The position numbers and the translations under genes were made by a program. 64,000 bases of DNA from an uncultured Synergistaceae bacterium (GTDB lineage Bacteria; Synergistota; Synergistia; Synergistales; 79-D21), in assembly GCA_964425765.1 (NCBI GenBank), contig CAYRNZ010000004.1:20218-84217 (forward strand). Reading direction: 5' to 3'. Shown here piece by piece: positions 55,356 through 64,000 of this stretch (positions are counted from its first letter, which is position 1; the number at the start of each line of letters is the position of its first letter). The notes beneath the pieces were generated by a model. That model ran no database searches. It worked only from the letters and a program-made list of their open reading frames with translations, and was not told where the DNA came from.

Positions 55356-55373
55356 AATGCTAAATCGTAACAC
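55346..55373. promoter_or_regulatory. inverted repeat GTGTTA-N16-TAACAC overlapping the -10 (candidate metalloregulator operator)
   Basis: Perfect 6-bp arms with a 16-nt spacer. Confidence 0.35.
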
Positions 55374-55388
55374 GGAGGAGTGGTTCTC

Positions 55389-56423
55389 ATGCACATGGCG
55401 GATGCGCTTCTTTCCCCTGCGGTGGGCGGGACGATGTGGGCAGTAACGGCGGGGCTTACGGCGTACTCGGCCAGGAAGCTCAAGGAATCGCCAGACGAAT
55501 CGCGCGTGCCGCTGATGGGGGTCCTGGGGGCCTTCATTTTCGCGTCCCAGATGATCAACTTCAGCATCCCCGCCACAGGTTCCAGCGGGCACCTGGGTGG
55601 GGGGATGATCCTCGCCATCCTCCTGGGGCCTTACGCAGCCTTTCTCGTCCTGGCCTCGGTCCTCGTGGTCCAGGCCCTATTCTTCGCCGATGGGGGGCTC
55701 CTCGCCCTCGGCTGCAACATTTTCAACATGGCCTTTTTCCCGTGTTTCCTGGCCTACCCCTTCATCTATCGGAAGATCTCCGGTCAAAGGCCCTCCCAGC
55801 CAAGGATCTTCTTCGCCGCGATCCTGGCCGCGGTGGTTGGGCTCCAACTGGGGGCTTTCTCTGTCGTGGTCGAGACGAGGGTCTCGGGGATTTCCGAGCT
55901 GCCGTTCGGGACGTTCCTCTTGCTGATGCAGCCCATCCACCTTGCGATCGGTGTCGTTGAAGGGATTGTTACCGCGGCAGTCGTCCTCTTCGTCTGGAAG
56001 GCCCGGCCGGAAGTGCTCGCCCCGGCCCCGGCCGGAGGTGTACCCATGAAGAAAGTGCTGGCGGGGCTTGCACTGGCCGCCGTGCTCACGGGGGGCATCC
56101 TGTCGTGGTTCGCGTCGTCGTACCCCGACGGGTTGGAGTGGTCGATGGCGAAGACCTCCGGCTCCGAAGAGCTCGAAACCCCTGAGGGCGGGCTTCACGG
56201 AGCGCTTTCTGCCCTACAGGGAAAACTGGCCTTTCTCCCGGATTACGGCTTCCGGAAACCTGGGGGGGATGAAGCTCCACCCGAGCAGCCGGGAGAAGCA
56301 GCCGCATGGCCCGCGGTTGACCCCGGGACGACCGTCTCGGGTCTCGTCGGCGGGGGCCTGACGCTCGTTCTCGCAGGGTTGGCCGGCCTGGTCATCAAGC
56401 GGGGGTCCTCGAAACGCGCTTGA
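55389..56423 (+). CDS. cbiM: ECF transporter substrate-capture component CbiM/NikM fused to a PDGLE domain
   Basis: MHMADALLSP N-terminus (His2). C-terminal FASSYPDGLEWS flanked by TM segments. No separate cbiN. Confidence 0.85.
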   Translation: MHMADALLSPAVGGTMWAVTAGLTAYSARKLKESPDESRVPLMGVLGAFIFASQMINFSIPATGSSGHLGGGMILAILLGPYAAFLVLASVLVVQALFFADGGLLALGCNIFNMAFFPCFLAYPFIYRKISGQRPSQPRIFFAAILAAVVGLQLGAFSVVVETRVSGISELPFGTFLLLMQPIHLAIGVVEGIVTAAVVLFVWKARPEVLAPAPAGGVPMKKVLAGLALAAVLTGGILSWFASSYPDGLEWSMAKTSGSEELETPEGGLHGALSALQGKLAFLPDYGFRKPGGDEAPPEQPGEAAAWPAVDPGTTVSGLVGGGLTLVLAGLAGLVIKRGSSKRA

Positions 56424-56439
56424 ACACGGGAGAAGCGCC

Positions 56440-57204
56440 ATGACTCCCTCAACCGGCAGGCAGAGCGGGATCGACCCCCGTGCCCTCTGGATCGTGACGT
56501 TCGCCTTCATCCTGACCGTCACCTCTTTCGGGAAGTACGAAATATCGCGGCTGACCCCCCTCTTCCTGTACCCCGTCGCGATGACGGCCTTCTACGGGCT
56601 TCCCTTGAGGCAACTCGGCAAGAGGACTCTCCTCGTGCTCCCCTTCATCCTGCTCGTCGGGCTCTTCAACCCCGTTTTCGACCGCAGGGCGGTGCTGGAG
56701 GCCGGAGGGTTTTCCCTCTCCGGGGGATGGGTTTCCTTCATATCCATCGTCCTCAGGTCCCTGCTCGCGGTTTCCTCTGCGATACTCCTGGTCCTGGTTT
56801 CGCCCTTCGACCGCCTTTGCCTGGGCCTCGAGAAGATGGGGGTGCCCAGAGTCCTGGTGATCCAGCTGCAGTTCCTTCATCGGTACCTCTTCCTCCTGAA
56901 GGGGGAGGCGCAGCGGATGATCCGCGCCCACCATCTCAGGTGCCCCGTGAACCGGCCGAAGATCCCCATGAAGGTCGCCTCGTCGATGATCGGGTCATTG
57001 CTTTTGAGGGCGGTCGACCGGGCGACGCGGATCCACTGGGCCATGCTCGTCCGGGGCTTTGACGGGGAAATCCGCCTGCAGCGGCCGCTCAGCTTCTCGT
57101 GGCCCCGGGACGGCTCATTCGCGGCCGCCTGGGGTCTCTTCTTCTTTCTTTCCAGGTTCGTCGATCTGCCGGGAATCCTTTCCGGCTGGGTGGTGGCAAG
57201 ATGA
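56440..57204 (+). CDS. cbiQ: ECF transporter transmembrane (T) component CbiQ
   Basis: 254-aa polytopic protein positioned between cbiM and the ATPase. Confidence 0.8.
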   Translation: MTPSTGRQSGIDPRALWIVTFAFILTVTSFGKYEISRLTPLFLYPVAMTAFYGLPLRQLGKRTLLVLPFILLVGLFNPVFDRRAVLEAGGFSLSGGWVSFISIVLRSLLAVSSAILLVLVSPFDRLCLGLEKMGVPRVLVIQLQFLHRYLFLLKGEAQRMIRAHHLRCPVNRPKIPMKVASSMIGSLLLRAVDRATRIHWAMLVRGFDGEIRLQRPLSFSWPRDGSFAAAWGLFFFLSRFVDLPGILSGWVVAR

Positions 57205-57941
57205 GCCATCATTTCCTGGAAGTGCGGGACTTGAGCTACACGTACCCTGACGGCACCGAGGCTTTGAAGGGGCTCTCCTTCCGCCTCGAGCACGGGGAGG
57301 CCGTCGGCGTGGTCGGGGCGAACGGCGCCGGGAAATCGACCCTCCTCCTGGCTTTGGCCGGCCTGATCGACCCTTCCGGCGGGATAGTCAACGTGGGAGG
57401 GACGATCCTGGGAAAGAAAACGGTCGGGGAAGTAAGGAAGAGGATGGGGTTCCTCTTCCAGGACCCGGACGACCAGCTTTTCATGCCGACGGTTTTCGAG
57501 GATGTGGCCTTCGGCCCGGCAAACCAGGGATTGTCTCCTGGCGAGGTGTCCGACAGAGTCCGGCAGGCCCTGGAGGACGTCGGGGCGACCGGGCTGGCCG
57601 AACGCCAGAGCCACCGGCTTTCTGGGGGGCAGAAGCGGTCCGTGGCGATCGCGACGGTCCTTTCGATGCTGCCGGACATCCTCGTGATGGACGAGCCGAG
57701 CTCCGGGCTGGACCCGAAGGGGCGGCGGCGCCTGATCGGCCTGCTGGCCCGGTTCAGGCACACCCGGCTGGTGGCGACCCACGACCTCGACCTTGTCATG
57801 GAAGTCTGTCCCAGGACGATCGTGCTCCACGAGGGGCGCCTGGCAGCGGACGGCCCCACGAGGGAAATCTTCGGGGACGAGAAGCTGCTGGAAACGTGCC
57901 ACCTCGAGCGGCCCCTCTGCATGCAGGGCGAATGCCGGTGA
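57201..57941 (+). CDS. cbiO: ECF transporter ATP-binding protein CbiO
   Basis: GANGAGKST Walker A, LSGGQKRSVAIA signature, ILVMDEP Walker B. ATGA overlap with the cbiQ stop. Confidence 0.9.
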   Translation: MSHHFLEVRDLSYTYPDGTEALKGLSFRLEHGEAVGVVGANGAGKSTLLLALAGLIDPSGGIVNVGGTILGKKTVGEVRKRMGFLFQDPDDQLFMPTVFEDVAFGPANQGLSPGEVSDRVRQALEDVGATGLAERQSHRLSGGQKRSVAIATVLSMLPDILVMDEPSSGLDPKGRRRLIGLLARFRHTRLVATHDLDLVMEVCPRTIVLHEGRLAADGPTREIFGDEKLLETCHLERPLCMQGECR

Positions 57942-58025
57942 AAGAAGGCGGGCCACCCCTTGCAAGCCCGGTGCGGTTATGCTATATTTCCATGCGCCGC
58001 CATCGGTGCGGCGCATGTCGATGAT

Positions 58026-58101
58026 TCCCCGATAGCTCAATCGGCAGAGCGGGTGGCTGTTAACCACTAGGTTCGAGGTTCAAGTCCTCGTCGGGGAGCC
58101 A
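58026..58101 (+). tRNA. tRNA-Asn (anticodon GTT), CCA encoded
   Basis: Manual cloverleaf: acceptor TCCCCGA/TCGGGGA, D stem GCTC/GAGC, anticodon stem GGTGG/CCACT with loop CTGTTAA, T stem CGAGG/CCTCG with loop TTCAAGT. Confidence 0.93.
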
Positions 58102-58110
58102 GAATAATGA

Positions 58111-58152
58111 AGCGGGCCATTTCGTACGAAGGCGAAATGGCCCGCTTTTTTA
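58111..58152 (+). terminator. rho-independent terminator after tRNA
   Basis: AGCGGGCCATTTCG-N8-CGAAATGGCCCGCT followed by TTTTTTATT. Confidence 0.85.
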
Positions 58153-58215
58153 TTCTTCCCCTTCTCGATTTGAACGGGAGATCGCCAGAAAAACCGAAGG
58201 TCCTTTCTTGGGGAC

Positions 58216-58893
58216 TCAAGGTTCAGTTTTTTCAAGGACTAAAAACAGGCTGGATCCGTCGACTTCCTCGATGCGGTAGGGGCAGCCGGTCTTTTCGCCA
58301 ATGCTTGCCAAGTTTTCCCGGGAGAAGGTCGTGGCCAGGAAGCCGTCCTTGCAGGCGATGACGCCGTCCTTCGTTTTGTTCCAGTCGATTTCGCCGAGCA
58401 GGCCTTTTTCGGACTGTTCCTTGAACCAATCCAGCCTGTGTTCCCAGAACCTGGCGCTGTAGGTGCTGAAGAAGGCGGTGCCTCCGGGCACGAGGGCCCG
58501 GATTCCCTTTCCGACGAGGTCCTGCGCGTTGCCCTTGATGGCCGAGAGGCCGTTCTGGAGGCAGATCACCACGTCGAACTCGCCTTCGTAGTCCAGCCCG
58601 TATGCGTCCATCACGGCCAATCGGCAGTTGGGGGAATCCGCCAGGAAGTCCTTGCCGTAGGAGACCGATTCCTCCGAGATGTCTATCCCCATGACGGAGA
58701 GAGAATGCGGGGCGATTTTCTTCATGATGCGACCGTATCCTGCCCCGAGTTCGAGGACTTTTTCGGTGCCGTGAAGATGCCGGTTTACGAAGTCGATTTC
58801 CGCCTCCAGGTATTGCCGTACCCTTGCAATCGCAGTGTCGTAGACACGAAAGAGCTTCATTGCGCTCAACTTTTCCGCATAATAGCTGGTCAC
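58216..58893 (-). CDS. class I SAM-dependent methyltransferase
   Basis: VLELGAGYGRI motif I, 225 aa. Confidence 0.85.
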   Translation of the reverse strand: MTSYYAEKLSAMKLFRVYDTAIARVRQYLEAEIDFVNRHLHGTEKVLELGAGYGRIMKKIAPHSLSVMGIDISEESVSYGKDFLADSPNCRLAVMDAYGLDYEGEFDVVICLQNGLSAIKGNAQDLVGKGIRALVPGGTAFFSTYSARFWEHRLDWFKEQSEKGLLGEIDWNKTKDGVIACKDGFLATTFSRENLASIGEKTGCPYRIEEVDGSSLFLVLEKTEP

Positions 58894-59119
58894 CTGTCGA
58901 ACCTCCCGGGGTCTCCCGCAAGAATAGGGGCCCTTTCTTTATTCATTCTATGATAATGGCATCCCTTTCTCACCACGGCGCCGGGGGTTTTCGTGTAAAC
59001 GGGTTTTTCTTTCCCGGTTCTTTTTACGGACCGGGTGAGGTAATCTTTGAACAGGATGAATCCCGCCTTCTCACCCTGTGGGGAGAAAGCGGGAACGTGT
59101 TCCTGAAAGGGGTGTCCCG

Positions 59120-60091
59120 ATGGCCGAGTACAGGAAGTACCATCCCGTGGATTCTTCAGAGGTGTCCCGTTTCTGTGGTATCCGCTCCTTCATGCGCCTG
59201 CCCCAGCTTCAGACGACGGAAGGGGTGGATTTCGGCATTCTGGGCCTGCCCGTCGACACGGGTTCGACGTTCCGCACCGGGTCGAGGTTCGCGCCCGCCG
59301 CGATAAGGGAGATGTCGATGATGCTCCGGGCCGCCAGCGTGAACCTAGACATCGACATTTTCAAGTATGTTTCCGGCGTGGACTACGGGGACGTCAACGT
59401 CAGCCCCTGCGACCTGCAAAAGGCGCACAAGGCGATCGAGCTTGGGCTTCGCCCGATCGTCGAGGCCGGCGTGGTCCCGGTCTGCTTCGGCGGGGACCAT
59501 TCGGTCACGCTTCCCGAGCTGAGGGCGGTGGCGGCGAAGCACGGGCCCGTCGCGCTGGTCCACCTCGACGCCCACCTGGACACGTACGACATCGAGAACG
59601 GGGATACCCTGACGCACGGCACGCCGTTCAAGATCGCCGTCGACGAGGGGTTGATCGACACGGCCCATTCCATCCAGGTGGGAGTCCGGGGGATATTCAG
59701 CACGGACGCGATCCGCGTTTCCCGGGATATGGGGTTCGAGGTGATCCCGGCGGGCGAGTTGCGCGAGGAAGGGCTCGACCGGGTCGGGGCCAGGATAAAC
59801 AGGCGGGTCGGCGACCGTAAGGCCTTCCTGACCTTCGACATCGATTTCGTCGATCCGGCGTACGCCCCCGGGACGGGCACGATCGAGGTCGGAGGGGTGA
59901 CCAGCTTCGAAGCCCTGTACCTGCTCCGCCAGACGAAGGATATCGACTACGTCGCCTGCGATGTCGTCGAGGTGCTCCCCGCATTCGACCCGACCCAGAT
60001 CACCGCCTACATGGCCGGGTGCGTGGCTCACGAATTCATCGCCATGATGGCCTACCGAAAGAGGAAAGCGGCATCGGGGCGCTCCTCGTAG
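59120..60091 (+). CDS. speB: agmatinase / ureohydrolase family protein
   Basis: GGDHSVT, DAHLDT and DIDFVDP manganese-binding motifs. The substrate (agmatine versus another guanidino compound) cannot be determined from sequence. Confidence 0.8.
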   Translation: MAEYRKYHPVDSSEVSRFCGIRSFMRLPQLQTTEGVDFGILGLPVDTGSTFRTGSRFAPAAIREMSMMLRAASVNLDIDIFKYVSGVDYGDVNVSPCDLQKAHKAIELGLRPIVEAGVVPVCFGGDHSVTLPELRAVAAKHGPVALVHLDAHLDTYDIENGDTLTHGTPFKIAVDEGLIDTAHSIQVGVRGIFSTDAIRVSRDMGFEVIPAGELREEGLDRVGARINRRVGDRKAFLTFDIDFVDPAYAPGTGTIEVGGVTSFEALYLLRQTKDIDYVACDVVEVLPAFDPTQITAYMAGCVAHEFIAMMAYRKRKAASGRSS

Positions 60092-60134
60092 AGGAAACGG
60101 GTTTCCGTCGAACGGTCTTGGAGGAGGGCTCCAC

Positions 60135-61697
60135 GTGAGAATGGCCTGGAAAACGCCACTGGGGGTGCTGGCAGCGCTGGTAATTTTGGGTAGCGTCGCG
60201 TTCGGGCAGGCCGATGCGGTCTCTCGTACCGTGCTGTACCTTCCGCTGGACGACCGCCCCTATTCCCTGGACCGGGTGCTCGAGGTCGCGGAAGCCCTGG
60301 ATGCCCGCCTTCTCCTGCCCCCTTATTCGTTTTTCCGCGGGCGGGACGGCATCCCCGATTTCGCAGGCCTTTACGAGTGGCTGGCCGCCAACAGGCAGGA
60401 GGGCCCCGCCGTCATCGCCGCCGATGCCTTTCTTTTCGGCGGGCTCGTTTCGTCCAGGACGCACGACCTGGAGGAAGAGGAAACCATCCGCCGCCTTGAG
60501 GCTCTCCGGGACCTCGCTTCTGCTTTTCCCGGAAAGCCGTTTTCCCTTTTCGGCACCCTCCTCAGGCTGCCGAGGCAGAGCGAGGGGATCCTGGACGCGG
60601 GGTACAACGCCAAGTGGGCCCCGCACCTGTTCCAGCTCGCCCGCCTCCAGTCCGCGGCCTCGCGAGGGGTTCTCGAAGGGGAGGACCTGGCCGCCTCCGA
60701 ACGGCTGCTGAAAGCCGTTCCTCCCGAGGTCCTCAGGGAATGGGCGAACCGGAGGAACCGGAGCCTGCGGGCCGCCCTGCGCCTCCTGCGGCTATACAGT
60801 CACGAGGGGATCGGTTTCGTGGGGATAGGCCTCGACGACAATGTCTCCCCGACCTGGCTCGAGCAGGAATTCCAGTCGATGGGGAGAATCATCGCCGACG
60901 TCCCGTCCGCCCGCGCGGCAGTGGTCCCGGGCGTGGACCAGCTGGGGCTCCTGCTTTTCGGCAAGATCCTTCTCGAGGACAAGAAAACACAGGCAGTCTA
61001 CCCGTTTTTCCCGGCTCGCTCCGGACCGGCCGCAAACCCGACCTATTCCGGCTTCACACCCCGGCAATCGCTCGAAATCCAAACGGAAGTCCTGGGCGTG
61101 GCCCTGGCGGAAAACCCCGGGGAGGCCGACCTCGTGCTTGTGGTGAACACCCCTGCGCAAGGGTGGACGAGGGAAGCTTCTTCTTCGTCGAACCGGCCCC
61201 TGCCGGACGCGGAAGACGAGGCCCTGGCCGAGAAGATCGGCTCCTTCCTGGAGGCCGGGAAACCCGTCGCCCTGGCAGACGTGGCCTTCGACAACGGTGC
61301 CGACAACGGCCTGATGGAGGCCCTGAGGAGAAGGGGCCTCCTGGGGCGCCTCGCGGCCTACTCCGGGGGGAACACCTCGGACAACGCCATCGGGCTGGCT
61401 CTCGTGACCGGGACCCTGGCGAGGTGGATGCCGGCCGGCCGGAGGAAGCGGATCCTCTTCACGCGGCTGCTGGACGAGTGGGGATACCAGGCGAACGTGA
61501 GGGCCGCGGTCATCCCGAGGGGAGCTTTCGCGGGACAGGTTTCCCCCGCCAGGCTCGAAAAGGAGATATACGAAAAGCTGGCGGCCTTCTCGGGATCGGC
61601 GCTGGCCGAGTTTGGTGCCGTGGATTTCGAGGTGAGCTACCCGTGGGGCCGTCTCTTCGAAATCCGGATCACGAGCAGGGAAAGCGCCGGGGGTTGA
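60135..61697 (+). CDS. DUF4127-like secreted protein
   Basis: Signal peptide. LYLPLDDRPYS N-terminal motif recalled from DUF4127. 520 aa. Confidence 0.5.
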   Translation: MRMAWKTPLGVLAALVILGSVAFGQADAVSRTVLYLPLDDRPYSLDRVLEVAEALDARLLLPPYSFFRGRDGIPDFAGLYEWLAANRQEGPAVIAADAFLFGGLVSSRTHDLEEEETIRRLEALRDLASAFPGKPFSLFGTLLRLPRQSEGILDAGYNAKWAPHLFQLARLQSAASRGVLEGEDLAASERLLKAVPPEVLREWANRRNRSLRAALRLLRLYSHEGIGFVGIGLDDNVSPTWLEQEFQSMGRIIADVPSARAAVVPGVDQLGLLLFGKILLEDKKTQAVYPFFPARSGPAANPTYSGFTPRQSLEIQTEVLGVALAENPGEADLVLVVNTPAQGWTREASSSSNRPLPDAEDEALAEKIGSFLEAGKPVALADVAFDNGADNGLMEALRRRGLLGRLAAYSGGNTSDNAIGLALVTGTLARWMPAGRRKRILFTRLLDEWGYQANVRAAVIPRGAFAGQVSPARLEKEIYEKLAAFSGSALAEFGAVDFEVSYPWGRLFEIRITSRESAGG

Positions 61698-61830
61698 CCT
61701 CGGCGACGGGGGAGCCAGGGCCTAAAAGGCTTGGTTTTTTTGGGCCTTGCGGCGGAATGTTAGCCATGTTTCAATAACAAGAGTCAGGATATTGTCGTAT
61801 CGAAGTCCAAATCGGGAGGCGGAATGGGAA

Positions 61831-62913
61831 ATGAGGAAGAACTGGGCAATCGCGCTAGTCATGGCATTCCTTCTTGCGGGCACGGCGGCTTGGGCTATTG
61901 CCCCGGTCCCGGCGAAGGACGTCAAAGCCGGGTTCGTCTACATCGGGCCGGTTGGGGACGGCGGCTGGACCTATATGCACGAGAAGGGCCGCCTTGAGAT
62001 GGAAAAAGCTTTCCCCGGGCTGACCTCCAGCATCGTCGAATCCGTACCGGAGGGACCTGACTCCGTCCGAGTCATGGAGACGTTCGTCCGGAACGGGTCG
62101 AAACTGGTTTTTGCCACCTCCTTCGGCTACATGGACTTCGTCCAGCAGGTCGCCAAGAAGTATCCCGACGTGGTTTTCATGCACTGCTCGGGCTACAAGA
62201 TGGGGCCCAACGTGGGGACCTATTTCGGGCGCATCTACCAGCCCCGCTACCTCTCCGGCCTGGTTGCCGGGAAGATGACGAAGAGCAACGTCATCGGCTA
62301 TGTCGCCGCGAACCCGATCCCGGAGGTCATCCGCGGGATCAACGCTTTCACGCAGGGTGTCCGGAAGGTGAACCCCAAGGCGAAGGTCAAGGTCGTTTGG
62401 CTGTTCTCCTGGTTCGACCCGGGCAAGGAGAAGGAAGCGACCAAGGCCCTGATCGATTCCGGCGCTGACGTGATCGCCATGCACGCCGATTCCGGCGCGG
62501 CGCCCCAGGCCGCGGAAGAGGCGAAGGTCTGGGTGGTGGGGTACAACAACGACATGAGCAAGTATGCCCCGACGCGCCACCTTACCGCCCCGATCTGGAA
62601 CTGGGGGATGCTGTACAAGTACACCGCCGACAGGGTGATCAAGGGGACGTGGAAGTCCGAGTCGATCTGGTGGGGCCTGAAGGAGAAGATGGTCGGCCTG
62701 GCGCCGTTCGGCAAGGCTGTGCCCCAAAGCGTGAAAACCCTCGTCGCGGCCGAGCAGGCGAAGATCGTTTCCGGCAAGTGGGACGTCTTCACCGGCCCGA
62801 TCAAGGACCAGGCCGGCAACGTCAAGGTCCCGGCAGGGAAACGCATGACAGATGCGGAAATGCTTTCCTTTAACTGGTTCGTCCAGGGGGTCGAGGGAAC
62901 GATCCCGAAGTAA
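61831..62913 (+). CDS. BMP-family (PnrA-like) ABC transporter substrate-binding protein
   Basis: Signal peptide. AGFVYIGPVGDGGWTYMHEKGR motif. Confidence 0.85.
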   Translation: MRKNWAIALVMAFLLAGTAAWAIAPVPAKDVKAGFVYIGPVGDGGWTYMHEKGRLEMEKAFPGLTSSIVESVPEGPDSVRVMETFVRNGSKLVFATSFGYMDFVQQVAKKYPDVVFMHCSGYKMGPNVGTYFGRIYQPRYLSGLVAGKMTKSNVIGYVAANPIPEVIRGINAFTQGVRKVNPKAKVKVVWLFSWFDPGKEKEATKALIDSGADVIAMHADSGAAPQAAEEAKVWVVGYNNDMSKYAPTRHLTAPIWNWGMLYKYTADRVIKGTWKSESIWWGLKEKMVGLAPFGKAVPQSVKTLVAAEQAKIVSGKWDVFTGPIKDQAGNVKVPAGKRMTDAEMLSFNWFVQGVEGTIPK

Positions 62914-63051
62914 ACCCGGGAAAACGTCACGAACGGACAGGGGGGAGTCCCGTCGAGGGACTCCCCCTTATTGTCCGCCGTTGACAATTCGGCCCTTTGA
63001 GGCAAACTTGGAAGGTCATCAGGAAAATTCTTCCCGGGAGCGTGAACCCCG

Positions 63052-64000
<949 letters not shown>

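Noticed and set aside
58026-58215. tRNA-Asn as an integration hotspot for a genomic island.
   Set aside because: Downstream genes (methyltransferase, agmatinase-family, DUF4127, ABC transporter) show no integrase, no direct repeat of the tRNA 3' end and no compositional shift visible by eye.

Overview
GC-rich bacterial chromosomal segment with short AT-rich intergenic regions. I call about 62 protein genes and one tRNA-Asn(GTT). I see no rRNA, CRISPR array, transposase, integrase or phage module. The gene content points to a strict anaerobe: PPi-dependent phosphofructokinase, aldehyde:ferredoxin oxidoreductase, rubrerythrin, anaerobic sulfatase maturase and several radical-SAM enzymes. A Gly/Cys-rich C-terminal sorting tail on the sulfatase recalls Synergistota, but taxonomy is inference only. 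Most of the window is ordinary metabolism and housekeeping: P-type ATPase, GDH, GlnRS, NAPRT, PanE, an ECF Co/Ni transporter and a BMP-type ABC transporter. It also holds a cell-surface polysaccharide cluster at 29.9-38.6 kb. I found no clear-cut novel multi-gene system. The observations most worth follow-up are listed here. (1) A peroxiredoxin is recoded with in-frame TGA at the peroxidatic Cys, with a SECIS-like hairpin 11 nt downstream; the ORF track splits it in two. (2) An unrecognised ~95-aa secreted domain occurs three times in two convergent genes. (3) Three copies of the palindrome TTTCCnGGAAA lie in the 600-nt non-coding region between an atypical (Asp->Glu) orphan response regulator and the polysaccharide operon. 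(4) A winged-helix/HhH-like protein appears co-transcribed with an SPL-type radical-SAM enzyme. (5) A Ser-type sulfatase has an unusual S-T-S-S-R site, a sortase-style tail and a stop/start overlap with its maturase. (6) A signal-peptide-bearing collagen/tail-fibre-like protein is present. Four families (MBL fold, QueG-like Fe-S, GT4, the new domain) are present as intra-window paralogs. All functional calls come from motif recognition by eye, with no database search. Start codons were chosen from RBS spacing and may differ from pipeline calls. The many long antisense or alternate-frame ORFs in the track are high-GC shadow ORFs.
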